From an uncultured Clostridia bacterium (GTDB taxonomy: Bacteria > Bacillota > Clostridia > Christensenellales > CAG-917): a stretch of 64,000 nt of DNA. This document shows positions 38,010 to 47,328 of the stretch, piece after piece. The notes beneath the pieces were generated by a model, which saw nothing but the letters and a program-made list of their open reading frames with translations, was not told the DNA's origin and made no database searches. The DNA lies in NCBI GenBank assembly GCA_934233745.1, contig CAKQGN010000001.1, forward strand, positions 194,621 to 258,620. The letters are read 5' to 3'. A program made the position numbers and the translations under genes. Each line of letters starts with the position of its first letter. Position 1 is the stretch's first letter.

Positions 38010-39665
38010 ATGGCAAAAAACGCAAAAAATGCTAAAACAGTAAAAGTTACCTTCCTCGGCGGTGTCGGCGAGGTGGGCAAAAATATGACCGCAATCGAGT
38101 GCGGCGACGATATGATAGTCGTCGACTGCGGCGTGTCCTTTGCAACAAGCGAAGAAGCGCCCGGCATCGACGCAATCATCCCCGACATCACTTATATCAA
38201 AGAAAACATATCCAAATTGCGCGGAATCGTGCTGACACACGGTCACGAAGACCACATCGGCGCAATTCCGTACTATGCCGACGATCTTAAAAACACGCCC
38301 ATTTACGGCACTGCGCTCACAATCGGACTATTGAAGAGAAAACTCGACAAAAACGGCAAAAAATGCAATCTTATTACCGTATCGGCAGGCGACAGCGTTA
38401 CGCTTGGCGGGTTCAAAGTCGAATTTATCAAAGTTTGTCACTCTATGGCAGGTGCATGCGCTCTTGCGATAACGACGCAGGTCGGCACCGTGTTCGTGAC
38501 GGGCGATTTCAAAATCGACAACACGCCAATCGACGGCAAGAAAACCGACATAGGACGTATTGCCGAAATCGGTGCAAAGGGCGTTTTGCTTATGTTGGGC
38601 GAGTCCACAAACGTTGAGCGAAAGGGCAGTTCCACATCCGAAAAGGTGGTCGGTCAGACTCTTGAAAATATCTTTGCGTCAAACCTCGACAAGAGAATCG
38701 TTATCGCATGCTTTGCATCTTCCAATTACAGAGTGCAACAAGTGCTTACTCTTGCTCACAAGTATCACAGAAAAGTCGTGCTTGCGGGCAGAAGCATGAA
38801 GGGTATGGCGGACGTTGCGTCGGCTTGCGGCGAATTGCAAGTGCCAAAGGGCGTCATAGTGGACAGCGTGGGCAAACTCTTGCCGAGCGAAACCGTCATT
38901 TTGGCAACGGGCTCGCAAGGAGAGCCTCTGTCTGCGCTCAACAAACTTTCCAAAGGAGAATTCAACAAAATCAACATCGGACCGCAAGATCTTGTCGTGC
39001 TTTCGTCATCTCCCATTCCCGGCAACGAAAAATCGGTATACGACGTCATCAACGACTTGTTCAGAAAGGGTGCAAACGTAATTTACGACGCGATGAACGA
39101 CATCCACGTTTCGGGACACGCATACGAGGAAGAACTCAAACTTATGCTCACCCTCGTGCAACCCGAGTATTTTATGCCGGTACACGGTGAATATCGTCAT
39201 CAGCATAAGCATGCGGAGATCGCAAAAACGCTCGGCGTTCCCTCAAAAAATATCGTTATTCCGAATATCGGCGAGTGCTATGGCGTAAACCACAAGGGCA
39301 TAAGACAACACTCAAACGTCACCGCAGGCAATGCGTATGTGGACGGCGTTGTGCTTGAAAACGGCAAAATGCTCGTCAACGACAGAAAATCGCTTGCCGA
39401 ATACGGTATGCTCGTGGTGCTATGCGCAGTTGATACGGATCAAGGCAAGGTGGTTGGCGACGTCGACATCGTTGCAAGAGGGTTCAATCTCACCGACGAT
39501 GTAGTAAATTCCATAAAGACTACCGCAATCGACACGATAAACGGTGCCGACTTTGACAAGGCGGACGTCAATGAGGTTGCAAGAATGGTCAAAAAAGCAG
39601 TCAGAAAGCTCTTCTACAAAGACAGACAATTCCCAATTATTATTCCGGTGATTGTCGAGGACTGA
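38010..39665 (+). CDS. rnj: Ribonuclease J
   Basis: VTFLGGVGEVGKNMTAIECGDDMIVVDCG and LTHGHEDHIGAIPY form the metallo-beta-lactamase HxHxDH motif. The 551-aa size is typical of RNase J. Confidence 0.9.
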   Translation: MAKNAKNAKTVKVTFLGGVGEVGKNMTAIECGDDMIVVDCGVSFATSEEAPGIDAIIPDITYIKENISKLRGIVLTHGHEDHIGAIPYYADDLKNTPIYGTALTIGLLKRKLDKNGKKCNLITVSAGDSVTLGGFKVEFIKVCHSMAGACALAITTQVGTVFVTGDFKIDNTPIDGKKTDIGRIAEIGAKGVLLMLGESTNVERKGSSTSEKVVGQTLENIFASNLDKRIVIACFASSNYRVQQVLTLAHKYHRKVVLAGRSMKGMADVASACGELQVPKGVIVDSVGKLLPSETVILATGSQGEPLSALNKLSKGEFNKINIGPQDLVVLSSSPIPGNEKSVYDVINDLFRKGANVIYDAMNDIHVSGHAYEEELKLMLTLVQPEYFMPVHGEYRHQHKHAEIAKTLGVPSKNIVIPNIGECYGVNHKGIRQHSNVTAGNAYVDGVVLENGKMLVNDRKSLAEYGMLVVLCAVDTDQGKVVGDVDIVARGFNLTDDVVNSIKTTAIDTINGADFDKADVNEVARMVKKAVRKLFYKDRQFPIIIPVIVED

Positions 39666-39736
39666 TATTTTAGACGCAATACTCGCATTTTCAAAGAGAT
39701 GCGGACAACAATATTTGTAGAAAAAGAAGGCGCAAA

Positions 39737-40825
39737 ATGTATAGAAAACGCATTATTTTGATACTCACTTCACGCGACGAAAACGACGGAATCTCGCAAA
39801 AAATTGCAGAGGCTATCCGCAAAATCGGCACGCATAACGTGGTTGTGATGAGCGACGACAAGTACGGCTCGGCAGCCAAACTTTCCGCGCTCGACAAACT
39901 TATGGACAGCGGAAGCGAATATCAGTATTTGCTTGAAAAGAAAGACAAAGGCGTGCTGCGCGACATATTTAAGCTCAAAAGTTTTTCAAAACGCGTCAAT
40001 CGCATAAACAACATGATAAAGCGTTTTCATCCCGAGTATATTTTGTGCGTTACACCGTATGCTCATCATTGCGCCGTCGAGGCAAAACGCAGAGCTAAAT
40101 TTCGCACGCAGATAATATACATGCTCCAAACGTTCACTCTTCCAAAAAGAGTGCATGATGACGCAACCAATGTGTTTATCGTCGAAAATGCGGATGTAAA
40201 AGCCGATTTGGTGCGACAAGGCATAAAATCAAAGGATGTTATGGTGATGGGCTTGCCCTTTGAAATCACACCGAAAACGCGTCAGGAAATTGTGCTGAAA
40301 AAGCAGGAACTCGGACTTCCGAAAGTCAAGACGGTTTATGTAAACATTCAAGAAAAAAAACAACTCGAAAGCGTGTTTTCGCTCCTTCTCGACCAAGGCG
40401 AGATAGCAAATCTGGCAGTTTACGTCAACGACGCGCATATGCTTGAAACGCTCTCGTCACTGTCAGTAAAAGCACCCGAAACAAAGGTTATATTTTTGCA
40501 ATCGCCCGAGCAAGCCGACGACTGTTTGCCCGTTTGCGACGTAGCAATTACGCTTTACGATCCGGCAACGCTTTATAAGTGTTTCAAACTCGGTGTGCCG
40601 TCCGTTGTCGTAAAGGAAGGAGAACACGAGCAATCGGACATATCCTATCTTGCTCAGAACGAGCTTTGCCTTGTTGCAAAAACCGATTTGGAAATCGTGG
40701 GATTGCTGTATAGAGTTTTGCAAACGGACGCAGGGGAGCGAATTGCCGCAAACGGCAAAAAGTGGGTGGAGTTCAGCTCGCTTGAAAATATCGCAAACTT
40801 CCTCACGGCGTATATCGCGGTGTGA
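39737..40825 (+). CDS. Putative GT28/MGDG-synthase-like (UgtP-like) glycosyltransferase
   Basis: The layout resembles diacylglycerol glycosyltransferases, for example IILILTS...GISQKIAEAI, HPEYILCVTPYA and VENADVKADLVRQGI. This rests on motif recall only. Confidence 0.4.
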   Translation: MYRKRIILILTSRDENDGISQKIAEAIRKIGTHNVVVMSDDKYGSAAKLSALDKLMDSGSEYQYLLEKKDKGVLRDIFKLKSFSKRVNRINNMIKRFHPEYILCVTPYAHHCAVEAKRRAKFRTQIIYMLQTFTLPKRVHDDATNVFIVENADVKADLVRQGIKSKDVMVMGLPFEITPKTRQEIVLKKQELGLPKVKTVYVNIQEKKQLESVFSLLLDQGEIANLAVYVNDAHMLETLSSLSVKAPETKVIFLQSPEQADDCLPVCDVAITLYDPATLYKCFKLGVPSVVVKEGEHEQSDISYLAQNELCLVAKTDLEIVGLLYRVLQTDAGERIAANGKKWVEFSSLENIANFLTAYIAV

Positions 40826-40859
40826 GCGTGCGCATAAGGGAGGTGCGTCTTTTGCGCAA

Positions 40860-41085
40860 GTGATATTGCACTTCGTGCGGTGATATCACTGCGTGATGGT
40901 ATCGTGCTTTGCACGGTGATATCGCACTTTGTGCGATGATATCAAAACACTGTTTGGATTGCGGAATATTGCACTTGCGTGCGTGATATTGTCGTCGCTG
41001 ACGACAGTGATATTGCAACTTTGTTGCAGTTGTGGAAAACTAAATAATATCGCCTGCGGCGGTGATATTTGCTCAAACGGAGCCT
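40860..41085 (+). repeat. Array of about 10 short variable hairpins separated by a conserved (G)TGATAT(C) linker
   Basis: The units read GTGATAT plus a hairpin: GCAC-TTC-GTGC, ATCAC-TGC-GTGAT, GTGC-TTT-GCAC, GCAC-TTT-GTGC, GCAC-TTGC-GTGC, TGTCGTC-GCT-GACGACA, TGCAAC-TTT-GTTGCA, CGCC-TGC-GGCG and GCTC-AAACG-GAGC. The period is about 22-24 nt. Confidence 0.8.
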
Positions 41086-41110
41086 AGGTTATGGCAACCT
41101 CCCAAACGGT

Positions 41111-41211
41111 GTCATTGCGAGGAGCAACAACGTTGCGACGTGGCAATCCCCTAAATAGAAACGAAAACACAGTGGCAATTGCCATTCACCACGCTTGTTC
41201 TCGCAATGATA
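41111..41211. mobile_element. MITE-like element of about 100 bp bounded by inverted TCATTGCGAG repeats
   Basis: The left end, GTCATTGCGAGGAGCAACAACGTTGCGACGTGGCAATC, is nearly identical to 785-823. The right end, CTTGTTCTCGCAATGA, is the reverse complement of TCATTGCGAGAACAAG. There is an internal palindrome, TGGCAATTGCCA. It has no coding capacity. Confidence 0.5.
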
Positions 41212-41251
41212 AAGATAAGACAGTGACAACGATAACAAAACAGGTTGAGAT

Positions 41252-42526
41252 ATGCCAAAGATTGTAAAATTGAACGAAATTGCAAAAAGACAAGGGTTTA
41301 AGCTCGGTGACGATGTTATACGTATCGGCGGATACAAAATGGTTGACGAGTTGGACTATCTCTACTACGACAACGAAAAGAAGTTTTCGGTGGATATTGT
41401 GCGTGACGGAAAAGAACACACCGTAAAAGTCCACAAAAAAGAAGGGCAGTCGCTCGGATTGGAATTTGCAATCGACATGAAGCCCGTGGTTTGCAAAAAC
41501 AAGTGCATTTTCTGCTTTGTCGATCAACTTCCCAAGAATATGCGCCCCAGTCTTTACGTCAAAGACGACGATTATCGATACAGCTTTATGTGCGGGTCGT
41601 ATGTCACCATGACAAATGTCACCGAAGAAGAAATCGAAAGAGTAATCAGGCTCAAACTCAGTCCGCTGTACATCTCCGTGCATGCGTGGGACGACGATAT
41701 AAGAACGTATATCCTCAAAAACCCGAATACGAGAAAACTGCCCGAGCAAATGCGCAGACTCGGCGCAAACGGCATAAAAATGCACACTCAACTTGTTGTC
41801 GTTCCGGATGTCAACGACGGCAAAGTGCTTGAAGACAGCATAAGGGGGTTGCATACCGTCGAAGGAGTCGAAACGGTTGCGGTTGTTCCTGTCGGCATGA
41901 CGGGACACAGGGAACAACTTGCCAAACTCAAAGCCGTTGACGAACAGAACGCAAGAGATACCATAAAACTCGTCGAGAGTTTGAACGAGGAGTTTGGCGG
42001 AAACTTCTGCTGGTGTAGTGACGAATACTATGTCAAGGCAAACGCAGACGTGCCGCCCTGCTCATATTACGGTGCTTTCGACCAAATCGAAAACGGCGTG
42101 GGACTCATTGCCGACTGGAAAGACAATTTTCAATACAGCCTGCAAGAAGCTGGAAAGGCGAATCTCGGCAAGAGAATTGACATGATAACGGGCGTGTCGT
42201 TTGCGCCTATGCTCAAAAAGTATTCCGAAATGCTTGCCGACAATCTCGGTTTGCATGTCGAAGTGCATGCGATAATCAACAACTTTTTCGGCACGAGCGT
42301 TACGGTTGCGGGGCTTGTGACGGCAGGGGACATGATTGAGCAGTTGCAAGGCGTAAAGACGGACGCTTTTGTGATTCCCGACAATATGTTGCGTGAGTTT
42401 ACCGACACCTTCCTTGACAACAAAACCGTCAAAGAAGTCGAAGATGCGCTGGGCGCGCCGTTTATCGTAGTGTCGCACTCAGGAAGCGATACCGCACAAA
42501 AAATAATCGAGTTTTTCCAAAAGTGA
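41252..42526 (+). CDS. PDZ/radical-SAM-like DUF512 protein
   Basis: The protein has an N-terminal PDZ-like segment, the CX3CX2C motif VVCKNKCIFCFVDQL, and KDDDYRYSFMCGSYVTMTN. Its position just upstream of der is typical of Clostridia. Confidence 0.8.
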   Translation: MPKIVKLNEIAKRQGFKLGDDVIRIGGYKMVDELDYLYYDNEKKFSVDIVRDGKEHTVKVHKKEGQSLGLEFAIDMKPVVCKNKCIFCFVDQLPKNMRPSLYVKDDDYRYSFMCGSYVTMTNVTEEEIERVIRLKLSPLYISVHAWDDDIRTYILKNPNTRKLPEQMRRLGANGIKMHTQLVVVPDVNDGKVLEDSIRGLHTVEGVETVAVVPVGMTGHREQLAKLKAVDEQNARDTIKLVESLNEEFGGNFCWCSDEYYVKANADVPPCSYYGAFDQIENGVGLIADWKDNFQYSLQEAGKANLGKRIDMITGVSFAPMLKKYSEMLADNLGLHVEVHAIINNFFGTSVTVAGLVTAGDMIEQLQGVKTDAFVIPDNMLREFTDTFLDNKTVKEVEDALGAPFIVVSHSGSDTAQKIIEFFQK

Positions 42527-42601
42527 AAATATGTGCAATATGACGCAAACAGGTGTTTATATTGCAAAAAACAATAGATAAAAATCGGAAACGGTGAAAA
42601 T

Positions 42602-43918
42602 ATGAAACCATTGGTGGCAATTGTAGGAAGACCGAATGTCGGAAAATCGACATTGTTCAATCGGCTCGCGGGACAAAGAATATCCATTGTCGAAAATACG
42701 CCGGGCGTTACTCGTGACAGAGTTTATGCCGATTGCGAGTGGTGCGGAAGGGCGTTTACGCTCATAGATACCGGCGGTCTGGAACTGAAAAGCGACGACG
42801 TGATGTGGAATCACATTCGCACTCAAGTGGAAATCGCAGTTGATACTGCGGACGCTATCCTTTACGTCGTAGACGGCAAAACGGGACTTACCACCGACGA
42901 CAACCTCGTGTGTTCGTTTTTGAGAAAGTCCAAATTGCCCGTCATACTTGCGGTCAACAAAATCGACAACAACGATATGAGCAATGTTTACGACTTTTAC
43001 GCACTGGGATTCGGCGAGCCTCATGCAGTGAGCGCAGAACAGGGCAAAGGGCTTGGAGATTTGCTCGACGCGATACTCGAAGATATCCCCGAATATTCCT
43101 TGGACGAAGATCCCGATCGAATCAAAATCGCAATCGTCGGAAAACCGAACGCAGGCAAAAGCTCGATTACAAACAGACTCCTCGGTTATGACCGCTGTAT
43201 CGTGAGCGACATCGCAGGCACGACAAGGGACGCAATCGACACCGAACTCGATGTCGGCGATGACAAATACCTCATCATCGACACCGCAGGTATGCGCAAA
43301 AAGAAGGTGGTGAGCGAGGACTTGGAAAGATACTCGGTCATGCGCAGTCTGCTTGCCGTAAGGCGCGCGGACGTTGTGCTTGTTGTGTGCGACGCAACGG
43401 AAGGACTCACCGAACAGGACGTCAAAATCGCAGGGTTCGTACACGAGGAGGGCAAACCGTCCATCATCGTTATGAACAAGTGGGATCTGGTTGACAAAAA
43501 TACTCACACGATTTACGAGTTTGAAAAAAAGCTCAAAGAAGATTTGAAATTTATGGATTACTTCAAATCCGTGTATATATCGGCGTTGAGCGGCAAAAGA
43601 CTTGACAATTTGCTTCCGCTTTGCAAGGAAGTTGTGGCAAATTCGAAAAAGCGTATTCCCACGGGACTTCTCAACGAGGTGGTCGGGGACGCTATCCGAA
43701 TAAGCGAGCCGCCGTCTTATCTCGGGAAAAAGCTCAAAATTTTCTATGTGACGCAAGTGTCCGTCGCACCGCCGACTTTTGTGCTTAAAGTCAACGATCC
43801 GACGATTATGCATTTCAGTTATAAGAGATATCTCGAAAACGCGCTCCGAAAGAGTTTCGATTTTTCGGGTACGCCGATTCGCTTGCTGATAAGAGGAAAT
43901 AACGAAAGCGATCAATAA
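42602..43918 (+). CDS. der: Ribosome-associated GTPase Der (EngA), double GTPase domain
   Basis: The two G1 motifs are MKPLVAIVGRPNVGKSTLFNRL and KIAIVGKPNAGKSSITNRL. A KH-like C-terminus is present. Confidence 0.92.
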   Translation: MKPLVAIVGRPNVGKSTLFNRLAGQRISIVENTPGVTRDRVYADCEWCGRAFTLIDTGGLELKSDDVMWNHIRTQVEIAVDTADAILYVVDGKTGLTTDDNLVCSFLRKSKLPVILAVNKIDNNDMSNVYDFYALGFGEPHAVSAEQGKGLGDLLDAILEDIPEYSLDEDPDRIKIAIVGKPNAGKSSITNRLLGYDRCIVSDIAGTTRDAIDTELDVGDDKYLIIDTAGMRKKKVVSEDLERYSVMRSLLAVRRADVVLVVCDATEGLTEQDVKIAGFVHEEGKPSIIVMNKWDLVDKNTHTIYEFEKKLKEDLKFMDYFKSVYISALSGKRLDNLLPLCKEVVANSKKRIPTGLLNEVVGDAIRISEPPSYLGKKLKIFYVTQVSVAPPTFVLKVNDPTIMHFSYKRYLENALRKSFDFSGTPIRLLIRGNNESDQ

Positions 43919-44086
43919 ATTTTTCGCATTTGAAAATAACAAAGATAATTTATCGCATCAATCGCAGACAAACGAATTGTCAAATCGAAAATTCGGTGGT
44001 ATAGTCTTTGCGTTGAAAAACGCCGCATAGTATGGACGATATATGGCATATGCGGCATATAGTATACAAATATGGAAGGTGGTCTT

Positions 44087-45355
44087 ATGGACTATAAAGC
44101 ATTGTCGAAAAACGAACTTGAAGAATTGCTCAAACAAGAACAAAAAGCCTACAAAAAGCTTCAAAAAGCGGATAGGCATGTCGATATGACGAGAGGAAAA
44201 CCCTCCAAGGAACAACTGGACATATCTATGCCCATGCTCGAAAATGCAGCAAAGTGCGACTTTATGATGAGCGGAGTCGACGCAAGAAATTACGGCGAAC
44301 CTGCCGGCGTCAAACAAGCAAGGGAGCTTTTTGCGGATCTTTTGGGGGTAAAGGCGGACGAGGTTATCGCCATTGACGGATCTTCGCTCGACATCATGTA
44401 CAATGTGGTGCAGTTTGCAATGCAGTTCGGCGTGTTGGGCTCGACGCCGTGGAACAAACTCGACAAAGTAAAATTCATCTGTCCCGCTCCCGGATACGAC
44501 AGACATTTTTCCATTTGCGAGAATTTCGGCATCGATATGATCACCGTGCCCATGCTCCCGGACGGTCCCGATATGGATCTTGTGGAAAGACTCGTTCGCG
44601 ACGACGAGAGTATCAAGGGCATATGGTGCGTGCCGAAGTATTCAAATCCCACGGGTATCGTGTTTTCCGACAAAGTTGTGGAGCGTATGGCAAATCTCAA
44701 ACCCAAAGCGAAAGATTTTCGTGTGTTCTGGGACAACGCCTATTGCATACATTCGCTTTACGACACCGACGATAAACTTAAAAACATCTTTGACGTTGCA
44801 AGAAAAGCAGGAACGAGCGATATGATTTATTGCTTTGCCTCGACTGCCAAAATTACGTTTGCAGGCAGTGGAGTAGCGGTGTTCGCGTCCTCGCAAAACA
44901 ACGTGCAAGATATGCTCAAACGCCTCTTTTTTAAGAGAATAAACCCCAACAAAGTCAATCAGGTTATCCATGTGGAATACTTGAAAAACGTTGACAATAT
45001 CAAAAAAATAATGTCGCAACACGCAGCGATTTTGCGTCCGAAATTCGATCTTTTCAAGGATAGAATGGAAGAGGCTTTCGGCGATGACGAAAACGTGAAT
45101 TGGTCAAAACCGAGAGGCGGTTATTTCATCTCGCTCGATGTCGCAGGATGTGCAAAACGTATTGTCGAACTTGCCTCCGACGCAGGCGTCAAGTTTACGG
45201 CGGCAGGCTCGACGTTCCCTTACAGAATCGACGACAACGATTCGAATATCCGCATTGCCCCGAGCGTTCCGACGCTTGAAGAAATGAATTTTGCAATAGA
45301 CGTGCTTGTGTGTTCGATAAAGATTGCTCTTATCGAAAAATACCTGACTCGATAA
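44087..45355 (+). CDS. PLP-dependent aminotransferase (aspartate aminotransferase-like family)
   Basis: A GGAAGGTGG RBS precedes the ATG at 44087. MTRGKPSKEQLDISMPML and YSNPTG are characteristic of this class I/II-fold aminotransferase family. Confidence 0.75.
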   Translation: MDYKALSKNELEELLKQEQKAYKKLQKADRHVDMTRGKPSKEQLDISMPMLENAAKCDFMMSGVDARNYGEPAGVKQARELFADLLGVKADEVIAIDGSSLDIMYNVVQFAMQFGVLGSTPWNKLDKVKFICPAPGYDRHFSICENFGIDMITVPMLPDGPDMDLVERLVRDDESIKGIWCVPKYSNPTGIVFSDKVVERMANLKPKAKDFRVFWDNAYCIHSLYDTDDKLKNIFDVARKAGTSDMIYCFASTAKITFAGSGVAVFASSQNNVQDMLKRLFFKRINPNKVNQVIHVEYLKNVDNIKKIMSQHAAILRPKFDLFKDRMEEAFGDDENVNWSKPRGGYFISLDVAGCAKRIVELASDAGVKFTAAGSTFPYRIDDNDSNIRIAPSVPTLEEMNFAIDVLVCSIKIALIEKYLTR

Positions 45356-45374
45356 AAGAAAAAAGACAACGGTT

Positions 45375-45405
45375 GAGCGGCGATTCGACGCCGCTCTTTT
45401 TTTTT
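45375..45405 (+). terminator. Rho-independent terminator
   Basis: Stem-loop GAGCGGCG-ATTCGA-CGCCGCTC followed by TTTTTTTTT. Confidence 0.8.
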
Positions 45406-45506
45406 GAAAATTATCGTACAAATGCACGATTCGGTATTGAAAACGTCATGCTTTTAATATATAATTGATACATATCAAATTGGCGCGTTTGCGCAAAGGG
45501 AAAATT

Positions 45507-47195
45507 ATGACGGATTTGGTAAATAAAAAAGAGAAAAAGGTCGGTGCGTTGACCGCGAATATGTGGATATACGCATTGGGACTTATGGGCATCAACCTGG
45601 GCATCGGTCTTATCAACAGCTATCAGGCGGAATTCTTCAACAAAATTCTGCAAGCGGATCTGATGGCGGTTGCAGGAATTATTCTTGCGGCAAAATTCAT
45701 AAGCATCGTTGCGGACTTTGTTATAGGAAATCTCATAGACAGAGCCAATTTCAAGGCGGGCAAAATGCGCCCGTGGATATTGTTTTCGGCGTTTCCGCTT
45801 GCGGTGCTGACGATGATTTCGTTTGTATTTATTCCTTTTTCGTCGAATGCGGGCAGATATATCTACATCATATTCATCGTTGTACTTTGGAATATTTCAA
45901 TGACAATGGCGGACATTCCGTCGCAGGGTATGCTCTCGCTCATTTCAAAAAGCAGTGAAGAGGTCAACAATGCGGCAGGACTGGGCAACACTCTCAAATC
46001 CGTTGCGCTCGCCGCGCCCGGCATATTTGTAAGTTTTGTATGTATTCTCACCGGCTCCGACGGCGCAGTCGGGCAATTGCAATATCTTATCACGGCAGCC
46101 ATTATGGCGGGATTGGGACTTATATTCCAACTTCTTATGTACTTCAAGTGCAAAGAAGTCGTCAAATCCAACACGTCCGCGGGCATGAGTTTCAAAGAGA
46201 TGTTCAGAGAACTGAAAAACAACAAGATGTTGCTCATAGTTTTCGGAACGTATATTCTCGGATTCGGCAGAAACATCGGGCTCGGCATCGCGGTGCAGGC
46301 AACGTGTATTCTCATACGTGACGGCATCGACCTCAGCTTTATCGGAATGGGCACGCTTTACGGCGACGCTTGCAGCTGGGCAATAGGCATTACGTCGGCG
46401 ATTTCGTCAATGGTTACAATCGTACTCAATCCGATAATCAACAAAAAATTGGGCGAAAAGAAGTATTTTATCGTGGCAGGGTTTTACGGCTTTTTGGTCA
46501 CGCTCATCGCAACGCTCATCTACACGCTCAGCCCCGGCGGCGGCTTCGGAAGAGGCATCTGGGCGATTTGGATTTATCAATTCTTCCTCGGCTTTGCATA
46601 CGGCCCGAACGGTTATTTGCCAATGGTTATGACGGCGGATATCGTGGACTATCAGGAATGGAAAACGGGCAAACGTACCGAGGGTACGCAGTTTGCAATC
46701 CTATCTATGTCCAACAAACTTTCAAACGCGCTTTCCGTATCTCTCGGCATTTTGTTTATAGGCGCAATCGGATACGATGCGGCAAAATATGCGGAAGTTT
46801 CGCACATCGGCGTGCAGGGCAGTCAAGAAAATCTCGCCGCCATTGCAAGCTATGTCACCGACGGTATGCAAAACAAAGCGTGGATAATCTACTTCCTGCT
46901 TCCGGGACTTTGCATGCTTGCAAGCTCGCTTCTGATGTTCTTCTACAAGATTGACAAAAAGACGAAAGAGCAAATGAGAGAGGAACTTGCGATTCGCAGA
47001 GCCGAAAACGAAGCGGCGCAAATCGTGGAGGAAGAGGAATGCACCGACAATTGTGCGGAGTGTGAAAAAGAGTGCGATTTGTCAAAAGACGACGCGCAAT
47101 CCGCCGAGCCGTTTGACGAAGCCCTTGCCGAGCATTTTGAAGAAGAATTGAACGAAGTGCCTGATTCGCAAGACGATAAGGATATGGAAGAATAA
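45507..47195 (+). CDS. Glycoside-pentoside-hexuronide (GPH/MelB-like) cation symporter with an acidic Cys-rich C-terminal tail
   Basis: A 12-TM MFS-like profile and the motifs DRANFKAGKMRPW and DYQEWKTGKRTEG are typical of the GPH family. The ATG at 45507 follows AAGGGAAA. The gene is adjacent to a GH27 alpha-galactosidase. Confidence 0.8.
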   Translation: MTDLVNKKEKKVGALTANMWIYALGLMGINLGIGLINSYQAEFFNKILQADLMAVAGIILAAKFISIVADFVIGNLIDRANFKAGKMRPWILFSAFPLAVLTMISFVFIPFSSNAGRYIYIIFIVVLWNISMTMADIPSQGMLSLISKSSEEVNNAAGLGNTLKSVALAAPGIFVSFVCILTGSDGAVGQLQYLITAAIMAGLGLIFQLLMYFKCKEVVKSNTSAGMSFKEMFRELKNNKMLLIVFGTYILGFGRNIGLGIAVQATCILIRDGIDLSFIGMGTLYGDACSWAIGITSAISSMVTIVLNPIINKKLGEKKYFIVAGFYGFLVTLIATLIYTLSPGGGFGRGIWAIWIYQFFLGFAYGPNGYLPMVMTADIVDYQEWKTGKRTEGTQFAILSMSNKLSNALSVSLGILFIGAIGYDAAKYAEVSHIGVQGSQENLAAIASYVTDGMQNKAWIIYFLLPGLCMLASSLLMFFYKIDKKTKEQMREELAIRRAENEAAQIVEEEECTDNCAECEKECDLSKDDAQSAEPFDEALAEHFEEELNEVPDSQDDKDMEE

Positions 47196-47231
47196 CCTGC
47201 AAGCAACAACGTTTCAAATTCAAAGCACAAG

Positions 47232-47259
47232 AAAAAGCCTCGCAATCCGCGAGGCTTTT
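47232..47259. terminator. Bidirectional terminator between the symporter and GH27 genes
   Basis: AAAAA-GCCTCGC-AATCC-GCGAGGC-TTTT. Confidence 0.7.
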
Positions 47260-47328
47260 GAATATGTTTTTTAACTGCTATTTGCAAAAACAATGGGTTA
47301 AAAGCGCAATATCAAAACGATAAAATGC

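Noticed and set aside
40860-41085. Considered whether the GTGATAT-linker arrays are a CRISPR array
   Set aside because: The constant element is only 7-8 nt, and the variable parts are self-complementary hairpins of 11-17 nt rather than 30-40-nt spacers. No cas genes are in the window.
42557-43942. A 461-aa minus-strand ORF
   Set aside because: It is antisense to der, whose double GTPase motifs are unambiguous on the forward strand.
45440-45506. A single CATATCAAATT-GGCGCGTTTGCGC hairpin before the symporter gene that resembles one unit of the GTGATAT arrays
   Set aside because: There is only one unit, the linker is imperfect (CATATCAA), and the stem is short. It cannot be distinguished from chance.
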